NCBI GenBank assembly: GCA_965218095.1
Contig: OZ244587.1
Coordinates: 1,216,001 to 1,280,000, forward strand
Direction of reading: 5' to 3'
Length of the DNA: 64,000 nt
DNA from: Candidatus Poribacteria bacterium
Lineage (GTDB): Bacteria; Poribacteria; WGA-4E; PCPOR2b
How positions within the stretch are numbered: the stretch's first letter is position 1; each line of letters starts with the position of its first letter. This document shows positions 32,801 to 39,970 of the stretch, one piece after another. Made by a program: the position numbers and the translations under genes. A model generated the notes under the pieces. The model was given only the letters and a program-made list of their open reading frames with translations, was not told the DNA's origin and did not search any database.

Positions 32801-35800
32801 CCGCAGAGACACAGGTATATGTTCCGTTATCCGCAGTTAGACTTCGTCCAGGGCCCATTGTAAGACGGGGTGTATTAAATCCACTGGGTAATGGAATATC
32901 ATCACCGACCTCGTAAGTAGCCATGTCGGTTTGTTGCTCATCGACATCTGTGACATTGATGGTGACGGTAATGCTGTCACTACCGCCATTCCCATCCGAG
33001 ACGGAGACTGTGACAGAATAGGATGACTTCGTTTCATAATCTAGTGCTGTTTGTGTTTTCAACTGCCCAGTGGTACTATTGATATCAAACAAAGCCGCGT
33101 CGGTGCCGCTGAGAGTGTAGGTGAGGGTGTCGTTGTCTGCGTCCGTAGCGGCTACTGCGTTGCCGATGTTTACATCTGCTGCGGTATTCTCTGCTATTGT
33201 GCGGGTGGTGGAAGTGCCATCGGTGAATGTCGGTGCGGTATTCGTCGTCGCTGCTGTGGCGGTAAAGGTTGCCGTCTGGGAAACCCCTTGGACACTGACG
33301 CGAACCGTATTTGTGCCAGCGCTGTTTCCAAGCGTCAGCGTGCTCTCTGCCCTGCCGTTAGTGTTGGTTGTGGTGTTTGTTGCACTCAATGTGCCCCCGC
33401 CCGCGGTAACAGCAAACGTCACCGGCACCCCTGCAAACGCGACACGGCTTGCATCTTGCACTTCCACAACAAACGGCTGTGCAAGCGTTGTGCCGGTGTT
33501 GCCCGATTGCGTATCGCCCGATATTTTCACAGGTGTGGTCGCTACGCGGTTATCAAATTCTATATACACATTTTTCGCCTGCAGGGCGGGTATGTGCGTA
33601 TAGATAGATGGATAATTCAACGGATTTCCCGACGCATTGAGCTCGGTGAACTCACCAAATCCTGTGTTTGCAACTAACGGTGAGAGGTCAGAGACGGCGT
33701 TATTCTGAAAATATAACTCTGCCAGTTTGGTGAGATTTTGGACAACAGATATATCTGAAATGCTGTTGTTCGGCATATCCAACCACACCAGTTTGGTGAG
33801 GTTCTGAACAGGCGTTATGTTTGTGATGGTGTTGTTTCCGATTTGCAGTTCTGTCAGGTTTGTCAAGCCTGCCAACGCCGATATATCTGAGATGGCGTTG
33901 TCTTTAAGACTGAGTTCTGTCAGATTCGTCAATCTTGACAGGATAGATATATTTGAAATTGTATTTTCATTGATCTTCAGCTGCGTGAGACTTGTCAAGC
34001 CTGCCAACACAGATATATCTGAGATGCCGTTCCTCCAGATATACAGTTTTGTGAGGTTGGTTAGGCTTGCAAGGATAGATAGGTTAGAGAATGGGTTATC
34101 CCAAAGCTGCAACTCTGTTAGGCTTGTCAATCCTGCAAGTGCAGAGATATCCGATACCGAGTTGTTTCCAAGTTTGAGCGTGGTGAGGTTTGTCGCTGTC
34201 TCAAGCCCTGTCAAATCGGAGATTCTTGCATCTTGTGCGGTAAGTGAAGTTAACGTTGCCATCTCCGCTGTGGAGATTGGGGCACCGGATGTTTTGCCGA
34301 GCGCGTCCTCAATTTTGGCGCGGAGGTTGGGGTCGGGGATGTTTACTGATGTTCTCTGTGTATCAACAACGGTAGGTCCTGCACTGATGACTTCAAGTGG
34401 TAGGTCGGGAGATTTGGCGAGTTCATAACCCTGGTGAAGAGCACTACCGCGTTGGTCCGCATCAGTCGGTAACCCCGGCAACGTCCCAATATCTACGGTT
34501 ACAGCAGCGGTTGAGCCTGCGGGGCGGTTCACAGTAAGCACGTCGCTTTCCACACTGCCGATGGGGATCATGATACTTGTTACGTCCCCACTGATACTAC
34601 CGTTCGTAACGGTGAGGGGCAGCACTATATTAAACGGAGCGCCTGTGGGTGCGACTGCCTTAAACTGCCCATCTGCAACCTTCTCCAACGAAACGGTAAG
34701 TGACAGATCCGTTGTCTCCTGACGCAGTTTGAGTGTTGTCAGTGAGGTGAGCCCTTCAAATATGCCATCCGGCAACGTCGTCAAATCGTTTCTACTCAAG
34801 TCAATCGTTGCCAGTGCGGTGAGCCCATCAAATATGCCATCCGGCAACGTCGTCAAATCGTTGCCCCACAAGCTGATCGCTGTCAGCGCGGTGAGCCCAT
34901 CAAATATGCCATCCGGCAACGTCGTCAAATCGTTTCTACTCAAGCTGATCGTTGTCAGTGAGGTGAGCCCCTCAAATATGCCGGCAGGTAACGTCGTCAA
35001 ATTGTTACTCTGCAACTCGATGGTTGTCAGTGAGGTGAGCCCCTCAAATATACCGGCGGGTAACGTCGTCAAATCGTTGCCATACAAGGGGATCCTTGTC
35101 AGTGCGGTGAGCCCCTCAAATATGCCGGCAGGCAACGTCGTCAAATCGTTGTTCCACAAGCCGATTGATCGCAGCGAAGTGAGACCCTCGAAATCACTAG
35201 ATTTCAATGAAGTTATTGACTTTACTTGCAGGTCGAGGTATGTAATTGCTTTGAGGTGTGCCAAGGACACATCGTCAATGGACATATCGTTAACGCGAAC
35301 GGAATTTAAATTAGCCATAATCGCGTCCCGTACCTGAGGCGTACGTTCACTTACCCGGATTAATGTTGTCCCACCCAGTTCTGTGAACTCCAGTGGCCAG
35401 CCAGGTGATTTAACGAGCCTATAGTCAGAATGACCAGAGGGCAACCCCGGCAACGTTCCGATATCCACGGCAACAGCATTGGTCGTGTCGGAAGCACGGG
35501 TCACGGTAAGAATTTCGCTTTCCACACTACCCGCAGGAATCGTGATGCTCGTTGCACCACCGTTGATACTCCCATTGGTAACAGTGAGTGGTAACACCAT
35601 TTCAAACGGCGCGCCCGTGGGTGCTACCGCCTTGAATTGCCCTTCTCCAAACTTCTGTAGTGATAAGGTAACGCGCAACCTGCCTGGATTATTATACATC
35701 GAAAGCGATGTCAGGTTTGAAAGTCCTTCAAATATACCCTCTGGCAGATTCGTAAGATCATTGTCAGACAACCTAAGTGATGTCAGATTTGAAAGTCCTT

Positions 35801-38800
35801 CAAAAACATCTCCAGGTAGACTCGTCAGCGAATTGTGTGCCAGATAAAGTGATGTCAGATTTGAAAGCCCATCAAACACCTCCTCCGGCAGACTACTTAG
35901 CGAATTGTTACGCAAAAAGAGAGTTTTCAATGCCGACAGCCCATCAAACACCTCCTCCGGCAGACTACTTAGCGAATTGTTATATAAGTCGATTGTAGCC
36001 AATTTTGAAAGCCCATCAAACACTTCCTCTGGTAGACTCGTTAAGGAATTTGAAGCCAACTGGAGTTTTTCAAGTGCCGACAAATCTTCAAACACGTCCA
36101 CAGGCAGGCTCGTTAGCGCATTTGATTGCAGCCAGAGTTCTTTCAATGCTGATAACCCATCAAACACGTCCTCCGGCAAACTGGTTATGGAATTGTTATC
36201 TAGGATAAGCGTTTCCAGAGACGGCATTCCGGAAAAATCGCCAGTTTTCAGTGAGGTAATTGATTTATTGCGTAGAGAAAGGTAGGTTATTGATCTTACG
36301 TGCACCGGTGTCACATTGTTGGCAGAAATCCCTTGCTGAAACCTAGCGCGAGTAAGGAGCACTATTTGATCGCGCACCTGCGGGGTACGCTCGCTGACCG
36401 GGGTGAATACGGGATCCAGCCCGGTGAATGTCAGCGGCAGGTCGTCTGATTTGACAAGGGAGTAGCCGGAATGATTTGTGGGTAACCCCGGCAATGTTCC
36501 GATATTCACGGTAACGGTGGAGGTCCTATCGGAGGTGCGCAATACCGTGAGCGGTTCACTTTCCAAGCTGCCGGCAGGAATCGTGATGGTTGTTGCGCCA
36601 CTGTAAATGGTGCCGTTGGCGATGTTGAGAGGCAGCACAATATCAAAGGGTGCGCCGGTCGGTGCTACCGCCTTGAACTGATTGTCACCAACCTTCTCAA
36701 GGGAAACAGTTAGGGGCAGGGGATAAGCTGCATTTTCCTCTAAATGGAGCCTTGTCAGTCCGGTCAACCCTTCAAAAATGCCATCTGGCAAAGTGGTGAA
36801 CTGATTGCCCCTCATAGCCAGAACCGTCAGCTTAGTTAGCCCGTCAAAGATGCTGCTGGGCAGAGTAGTAAACCGGTTGTAACCGAGTTGGATCCATGTC
36901 AGCGAGGTAAGTTCATCAAAGATGTCCTCCGGCAAGCTGCTTAATTGGTTGCCATATAGGCGGAGGGTTGTCAATACAGTGAGTCCGTCAAAGATGTCTT
37001 CCGGCAGTATCGTTAACTGGTTGGAGCCCAAGTGGAGTTCCTCTAAGCCGGTGAGTCCCTCGAAATCGCCGACTTTTAGCGAGGTAATTGACTGACCAGA
37101 TAGATCTAGGTACGTAATCGCTGCAAGGTGTGCCTCTGTCACTTCGTTGGCAGAATTAACACCCGGCACCGCGGCGACGATAGCATCACGTACCTGTGGG
37201 GTGCGTTCGCTAACTGGGATAAATCCGCTTACCAAACGACTGATGACGAACAGTGGTAAGTCGTCGGATTTGACAAGGGTGTAACCTTGATGAAGAGGAG
37301 TTCCATACCGATTCACATCGGTAGGCAGCCCCGGCAACGTTCCGATATCCACGGTGATAGCTGCGGTCGTGCCAAGCGTACGGGTCACAGTGAGGGATGT
37401 GCTTTCCACGCTGCCCTTGGGAATCGTGAGGGTGTTCGCCCCACCGCTGATGCTCCCGTTCCTAGCACTGACCGGCAGCACAATATCAAACGGCGCGCCT
37501 GTGGGTGCTATAGCCTTGAACTGACCCTCTCCAACCTTTTCCAGCGACACAGTAAGGGGCAGTGGGTCAACAGCGTTACGCCCTAAGCGTAGTGATGTCA
37601 ACGACGGCAACTGAGAAAAGATACCTGCAGGTAAGCTGGTTAACTGATTACCGGACAAATCAAGCGATGTCAGCGACGATAGCCCAGAAAAATCGTCTGC
37701 CGATAAACTACTGAGCCTGCCACGTATCGTAAGACTTGTTAGTGATGTTAGATTGTCAAACACACCATCCGGTAGGGAGGTGAGTTTCACTCCGGACAAG
37801 TTGAGCGAAATCAAAGATGTTAGATTGTCAAATACGCCATCCGGCAGGGAAGAAAGAAGACTATTACGCTCCAAGTTGAGACGCTCCAACGATGTCAGAT
37901 GGTCAAACACACCATCCGGCAGGGAAGTAATTTTGTTTTGGGCTAGGTCAAGCGTTGTCAGTGATGTCAAATTGTCAAATACGCCATCCGGCAGGGAGGT
38001 AAACGTATTAGCATAGGCAGCACCATCCAAAATAAGTGTGTTTAGCTGGGTCAACTGGTCAAAAGCTCCGGCAGGGATGGAAGCGATTCGGTGGTAACCC
38101 ATATTTAGAATCTTCAGTGAGGTTAGACCGAGGACCGCGTTAGGGATGGTAGTGAATTTTGAGTTGTAAAGGCTGAGTCTTTCCAGTGAGGTCAGATCGT
38201 CAAAAATACCATCTGGTAGGATGATACCCGCATGCCCATTCATCTCAAGGGTTGCCAGTGCGGTCAACCCCGAAAAATCGCCTATCTGAAATTGAATGGG
38301 TGTGCTACTCAGGGGTGTCCCTGATGGGAGCCCCCTAATCCCTGCGAGGTGTGCCTCTGTCACTTCGTAGTCAGCACTTACACCCGCTGCTCGCACAATT
38401 GCATCGCGCACCTGTGGCGTGCGTTCACCGACTGGTGTAGGACCCCCCGACAAGCCTTCAAGCACCTGTATCGGCAGCCGTGTGGGTGTTTTGAACAGTT
38501 CGTAGCCTGCGGGCGGATTCGGTAGGTTCCCGATATTAACAATAACCGGAAACGTCGTGCCGGGTATGCGGGATACGTTGATAACATCACTTTCTGTGCT
38601 GCCTGCCGGAATCGTGACAGTTGCCGCTCCCACTCCGTTGATGATTGTGATTGGCAGGACGATGTCAGATGGCGCACTCGCGGTTGCTGTGGCTTTGAAC
38701 TGACCTTCGCTGACTTGCGTCAGCGAGACAAATGCGGTCGGACTGTTACGTGGTTCGCCCCAAATTCTGATTTTCAACGGATATGCCCTAAATGAATCAG

Positions 38801-39641
38801 ATGAAATACCTGGGGCTAAACTATCCCCATTGTCATCTCGGGCCCTCTGCCAACCTGGAAGGATGGACGCGATTGATCTATTATAGACTCGATCACGAAT
38901 AGACCACCCCGGCGCGGAGCCAGTATCCTCGTCGTCCTCATAGGTGAGGGATAACACGGAACTGTTGGCATCAGTCGCTTTAACTTTAATAAAGTATTCC
39001 GTATCAGGGGCAAGTATAACGCTATTATTCCCACTGAATACTTGGACTCCTGTACCTGTGTTTTGCGAACGACCTAATGTGTATAGAAGCGAATCAATCC
39101 GAAAAAATCCACCCGATGCGTGTCCAACCCAGATACTTACGGAAAGATTAAGTGGCGTTGAAGGATCATTTGCAAACCGTACATGAAGATTAACACCACT
39201 AATTCTGTAGCCATTTCCATGGACTCCAGTCCGGAATCCTTGAGTCAAGGGGGTCCAAGCTCCAAAGCTCACCCGGTGATGGTCGTCAAAAGGTACACCT
39301 ACGCGAGCAAGGAAGAATTTGTCTGGTTGATCGAAGTTGCTCACGAGCAGCTGTTGTGCATGCGCGCTGTCGACCGCACCGAGGACCGCGACCCCCATCA
39401 AGACAACGAAAGCGCAGCGGACCAATAGACTGATTGACCGGGAAAGACGGGACATTCGCCTTGATTGTTTCATGTGTGCTAAGGTCAAATTGTGTATAAA
39501 CAACTCAGGCGACGATTTTCTTCCGCTGCTTGAGGGGCGATCCGTTTCCATGATTGTGTTTTCCTTATGACCACGAGAGGCAAAGCGAAGAAGTTGCCTT
39601 TTCATGATTTTTGACTCCTTTACGATTAAGCAGTCGTGCAA
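23808..39641 (-). CDS. Giant secreted LRR / cadherin / Ig-like repeat protein (5277 aa) with FlgD-Ig/T9SS-like C-terminal domain
   Basis: Signal-like segment ending AHA-QQ; five 24-aa LRR blocks; two internalin-type 22-aa LRR blocks with Big_1-like domains; five cadherin repeats (LDYET); about ten 107-aa repeats; LLPNYPNPFNPETWIPY tail; true start probably 39604 or 39550. Confidence 0.93.
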   Translation of the reverse strand: MHDCLIVKESKIMKRQLLRFASRGHKENTIMETDRPSSSGRKSSPELFIHNLTLAHMKQSRRMSRLSRSISLLVRCAFVVLMGVAVLGAVDSAHAQQLLVSNFDQPDKFFLARVGVPFDDHHRVSFGAWTPLTQGFRTGVHGNGYRISGVNLHVRFANDPSTPLNLSVSIWVGHASGGFFRIDSLLYTLGRSQNTGTGVQVFSGNNSVILAPDTEYFIKVKATDANSSVLSLTYEDDEDTGSAPGWSIRDRVYNRSIASILPGWQRARDDNGDSLAPGISSDSFRAYPLKIRIWGEPRNSPTAFVSLTQVSEGQFKATATASAPSDIVLPITIINGVGAATVTIPAGSTESDVINVSRIPGTTFPVIVNIGNLPNPPAGYELFKTPTRLPIQVLEGLSGGPTPVGERTPQVRDAIVRAAGVSADYEVTEAHLAGIRGLPSGTPLSSTPIQFQIGDFSGLTALATLEMNGHAGIILPDGIFDDLTSLERLSLYNSKFTTIPNAVLGLTSLKILNMGYHRIASIPAGAFDQLTQLNTLILDGAAYANTFTSLPDGVFDNLTSLTTLDLAQNKITSLPDGVFDHLTSLERLNLERNSLLSSLPDGVFDNLTSLISLNLSGVKLTSLPDGVFDNLTSLTSLTIRGRLSSLSADDFSGLSSLTSLDLSGNQLTSLPAGIFSQLPSLTSLRLGRNAVDPLPLTVSLEKVGEGQFKAIAPTGAPFDIVLPVSARNGSISGGANTLTIPKGSVESTSLTVTRTLGTTAAITVDIGTLPGLPTDVNRYGTPLHQGYTLVKSDDLPLFVISRLVSGFIPVSERTPQVRDAIVAAVPGVNSANEVTEAHLAAITYLDLSGQSITSLKVGDFEGLTGLEELHLGSNQLTILPEDIFDGLTVLTTLRLYGNQLSSLPEDIFDELTSLTWIQLGYNRFTTLPSSIFDGLTKLTVLAMRGNQFTTLPDGIFEGLTGLTRLHLEENAAYPLPLTVSLEKVGDNQFKAVAPTGAPFDIVLPLNIANGTIYSGATTITIPAGSLESEPLTVLRTSDRTSTVTVNIGTLPGLPTNHSGYSLVKSDDLPLTFTGLDPVFTPVSERTPQVRDQIVLLTRARFQQGISANNVTPVHVRSITYLSLRNKSITSLKTGDFSGMPSLETLILDNNSITSLPEDVFDGLSALKELWLQSNALTSLPVDVFEDLSALEKLQLASNSLTSLPEEVFDGLSKLATIDLYNNSLSSLPEEVFDGLSALKTLFLRNNSLSSLPEEVFDGLSNLTSLYLAHNSLTSLPGDVFEGLSNLTSLRLSDNDLTNLPEGIFEGLSNLTSLSMYNNPGRLRVTLSLQKFGEGQFKAVAPTGAPFEMVLPLTVTNGSINGGATSITIPAGSVESEILTVTRASDTTNAVAVDIGTLPGLPSGHSDYRLVKSPGWPLEFTELGGTTLIRVSERTPQVRDAIMANLNSVRVNDMSIDDVSLAHLKAITYLDLQVKSITSLKSSDFEGLTSLRSIGLWNNDLTTLPAGIFEGLTALTRIPLYGNDLTTLPAGIFEGLTSLTTIELQSNNLTTLPAGIFEGLTSLTTISLSRNDLTTLPDGIFDGLTALTAISLWGNDLTTLPDGIFDGLTALATIDLSRNDLTTLPDGIFEGLTSLTTLKLRQETTDLSLTVSLEKVADGQFKAVAPTGAPFNIVLPLTVTNGSISGDVTSIMIPIGSVESDVLTVNRPAGSTAAVTVDIGTLPGLPTDADQRGSALHQGYELAKSPDLPLEVISAGPTVVDTQRTSVNIPDPNLRAKIEDALGKTSGAPISTAEMATLTSLTAQDARISDLTGLETATNLTTLKLGNNSVSDISALAGLTSLTELQLWDNPFSNLSILASLTNLTKLYIWRNGISDISVLAGLTSLTQLKINENTISNISILSRLTNLTELSLKDNAISDISALAGLTNLTELQIGNNTITNITPVQNLTKLVWLDMPNNSISDISVVQNLTKLAELYFQNNAVSDLSPLVANTGFGEFTELNASGNPLNYPSIYTHIPALQAKNVYIEFDNRVATTPVKISGDTQSGNTGTTLAQPFVVEVQDASRVAFAGVPVTFAVTAGGGTLSATNTTTNTNGRAESTLTLGNSAGTNTVRVSVQGVSQTATFTATAATTNTAPTFTDGTSTTRTIAENTAADVNIGNAVAATDADNDTLTYTLSGTDAALFDINSTTGQLKTQTALDYETKSSYSVTVSVSDGNGGSDSITVTINVTDVDEQQTDMATYEVGDDIPLPSGFNTPRLTMGPGRSLTADNGTYTCVSADNCIIQNGQVTQGTIEVTTVAANTAPVFTDDTSTTRSIAENTAAGVNIGAAIAATDADNDTLTYTLGGTDAASFSINSSTGQLQTKSALDYETKTVYTVTITVSDGSLTDTITVTINVTDIDDTAKVVAAVNIPDPNLRAEIEAALGKKSGDPITPTEMATLTSLTAQDASISNLTGLETATNLTTLKLGDNSISDISALAGLTNLTELQLWDNQISNLSILASLTNLTKLYIWGNSISDISALAGLTSLTQLKISENTISNISILSRLTNLTELSLKANAISDISALAGLTNLTELQIGNNTITNITPVQNLTKLVWLDMPNNSISDISVVQNLTKLAELYFQNNAVSDLSPLVANTGFGEFTELNASGNPLNYPSIYTHIPALQAKNVYIEFDNRVATTPVKISGDTQSGNTGTTLAQPFVVEVQDASRVAFAGVPVTFAVTAGGGTLNVSNTTTNANGRAESTLTLGNTAGTNTVHVSVQGISTSVTFTATATTTNTAPTFTDGTSTTRTIAENTAADVNIGNAVAATDADNDTLTYTLSGTDAASFSINSSTGQLQTKSALDYETKTTYTATVTVSDGSLSDTITVTISVTDIDETPAAQDYIQGPWLWMIASGADIDMDYLAEESNGTITEPQVAQNGVNEGDNLGELQWTRGQIYPSTYCTFWTGCYSDNVNHVVNAIGLSENHNLNLYSAYALINIISTRDQNGVSMGVGSDDAVKVWLNGTVVHRNNVDRRTTGIQDRFSVNLKAGDNLLLVKVSDNFGDWGMFFKIYLDEADFTTAIPNVDTDGQPPDTPQPPVTTNTAPVFTDGASTARTIAENTAAGRNIGSPVSATDADNDTLTYTLSGTDAASFSINSSTGQLQTKAALDYETKTTYTVTVTVSDGSLTDTITVTINVNDVADTPVVSTLTPVCDRTPQVRDAIVAAVPGVSDCSNVTETHLAAIRDLLDLRDKNISALKPGDFEGLSSLQELRLESNQLRALPADIFSGLSSLRRLYLGNNQLTSLPPDVFSELTALHDLYLHNNQLTSLPVDLFAGLSSLRQINLHTSRLTNLPADIFSGLSSLTQLFLRNNKLTSLPADLFSGLSSLQYLYLDGNRLTSLPADLFSGLPSLTQLLLNKNQMSTLSVGMFRGLTASTQLWLQGNTVDPLPLTISLEKVGDNQFKASVPAGAPFTITIPINVANGTISSGVSTLTIPQGSVESGRLTVTRTAGTTAAVTVDIGTLPGLPTNHQGYQLTRSANLPLEIFSSAANRAPTFTEGASTTRAVAENTAPGVNIGAAIAATDADNDTLTYTLSGTDAASFSINSSTGQLQTKSALDYETKTTYTATVTVSDGSLTDTITVTINVTDVDEAPTDIGVCKVGDILAPGESCTYPGTDATFSVLDNGHSQWNIPDLPSWLAWINQTSIGGSMRISATINNQDYHFVAEEVSNDSWEIKEIGEDRPEQPETPEQPEQPGDVGETPTLTVSTASSLTEATLHGGVATLTLSGGTYESTVFDIRRSLTVSGITGADFETFSVVRVSDTQATVELEFDGNISTSGTLTFNLESDAIANYEGAALTSQISVPAVTESVTASTAAPLTEATLDESVVTLTLSGRKFERNDSTVRTAVSVSGIAGVTVQNYNIDRESDTEVTVELTFNGNINTNSTLTFTVGADAIAGYDGAALTAQVPVSAGTESLDASTPRPLTEATLNESVVTLTLNGGKFERNDSTVRTAVSVSGIAGVTVQNYNIDRESDTEVTVELTFNGNINTNSTLTFTVGAEAIAGYNGPALTAQVPVSAGTESLDASTPQPLTEATLNESVVTLTLNGRKFERNDSTVRTAVSVSGIAGVTVQNYNIDRESDTEVTVELTFNGNINTDGTLTFTVGADAIAGYDGAALTAQVSVSASEEPVEIGGGTPTLRASTPSPLTEATLNESVVTLTLTGGTYESTTFDIRRSLTVSDITGADFEPFSVVRVSDTQATVELEFDGNISTNSTLTFTLRSDAIANYDGDALTSQISVSALPESVVASTASPLTEATLDESVVTLTLTGATYERAVSKIRDAVTVSGINGVTMPWHEPDRESNTEITLELEFDGTDFDTNSTLTFIVGAGAIAGYNGPALTAQLSVSASTETPVVTDVTDGQTPVTPQQPQQQGGGDSTLTLRASTPAPLTEATLHESVVTLTLTGRHYVPSYRDIRSALTITGIDGATYERYGVDRISDTEATVELEFNGDFDTNATLTFTVRAGAIADYKGPALTTQLPVTASTESIVASTDAPLTEMTLNGSIVTLTLTGRHYVPSYRDIRSALTITGIDGATYERYGVDRISDTEATVELEFNGDFDTNATLTFTVRAGAIADYKGPALTTQLPVTASTESIVASTDAPLTEMTLNGSIVTLTLTGRHYVPSYRDIRSALTITGIDGATYERYGVDRISDTEATVELEFNGDFDTDATLTFTVGAGAIADYNGPALTVQVSVTASTESIVATTASPLTEATLDESVVTLTLTGRNYARSIFDIRDAVTVSGINGVTIPWHDPDRESDTELTLELEFDGTNFDSTSTLIFTVGADAIADYNGPALTAQITVTATEQVLRAPSGISLIHVPLRVTAVDGVAQTIESVSALYDVLGGADTVNLLITYDPATQSWRSYLGEASRGTIADTVLADHQGIIADMKTPVSLQLDGDALGSNGNSVITLHPGTNLVGMSLKDPRITHVSDLFALEGIRANVSTITVLNNGIFQTVEQAGNAGDIPITGGQSFILNAREETTVAISGQGWDNVSGVAAAAPVALTGIEVGNTTPVLALTGSIVSPVGEWGRMPHLRSGSGFRVIVKNLSTRKSVATVTGDTGGSYQLTVVDTETGGAAQIGDILEISVRSPDPRIGVRPLRHTVTAEDVKWSRIELDNLIAYEIPTETELLPNYPNPFNPETWIPYRLAEDAVVNLTIYDTAGRVVRSIDVGYKPAAVYESRAKAIHWDGRNDFGEQVASGVYFYHLSTGDFSATRKMLIIK
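25390..26335. repeat. Three near-identical 321-bp intragenic tandem repeats
   Basis: GRHYVPSYRDIRSAL unit three times; antisense ORFs recur at 25413/25734/26055. Confidence 0.9.
27130..28080. repeat. Three near-identical 321-bp intragenic tandem repeats (second subtype)
   Basis: KFERNDSTVRTAVSV unit three times; antisense ORFs recur at 27135/27456/27777. Confidence 0.9.
31120..34350. repeat. About 1.3-kb direct duplication (internalin LRR + Ig + cadherin start), offset 1935 bp
   Basis: VNIPDPNLRA..TTPVKISGDTQSG..NTAPTFTDG occurs twice; antisense ORFs at 31882 and 33817. Confidence 0.9.
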
Positions 39642-39970
39642 TTCGTTGTGCGTCTTGACAAAACGAGTGTTGAGTTAGCTCCGGTTCCGTTCATCCCTAC
39701 GAGGCCTGCCGAATTTGTAATGGATTGGAAGTTGGTAGCCGCTCGCCTACATCTTCTGCGACTATCATCCTACAATACTAGGTTCTAAGTCAACCCTTGT
39801 TTGGCACTTGACGATGACCTTCTGCTGCGCGCTAGGATCAAGCGACTGAACAAGGAGTGATCAACTGAGCGAATAGTGAAGGCGATAGAAGATCCCGATA
39901 GTAAATCCTGTGCGATAGAGATCCTCTTGCCCCGCTCCATGGAAAGTGATAAGAGAAATTCACTCCTTCC

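Noticed and set aside
34729-35230. DGR target region in the variable LRRs
   Set aside because: No reverse transcriptase or template repeat in the window and variation is not visibly confined to adenines
23859-39570. Many plus-strand ORFs antisense to the giant gene
   Set aside because: Shadow ORFs mirroring the repeats; no independent motifs
39645-39800. Riboswitch in the leader of the giant gene
   Set aside because: No recognisable c-di-GMP, cobalamin, TPP or SAM consensus
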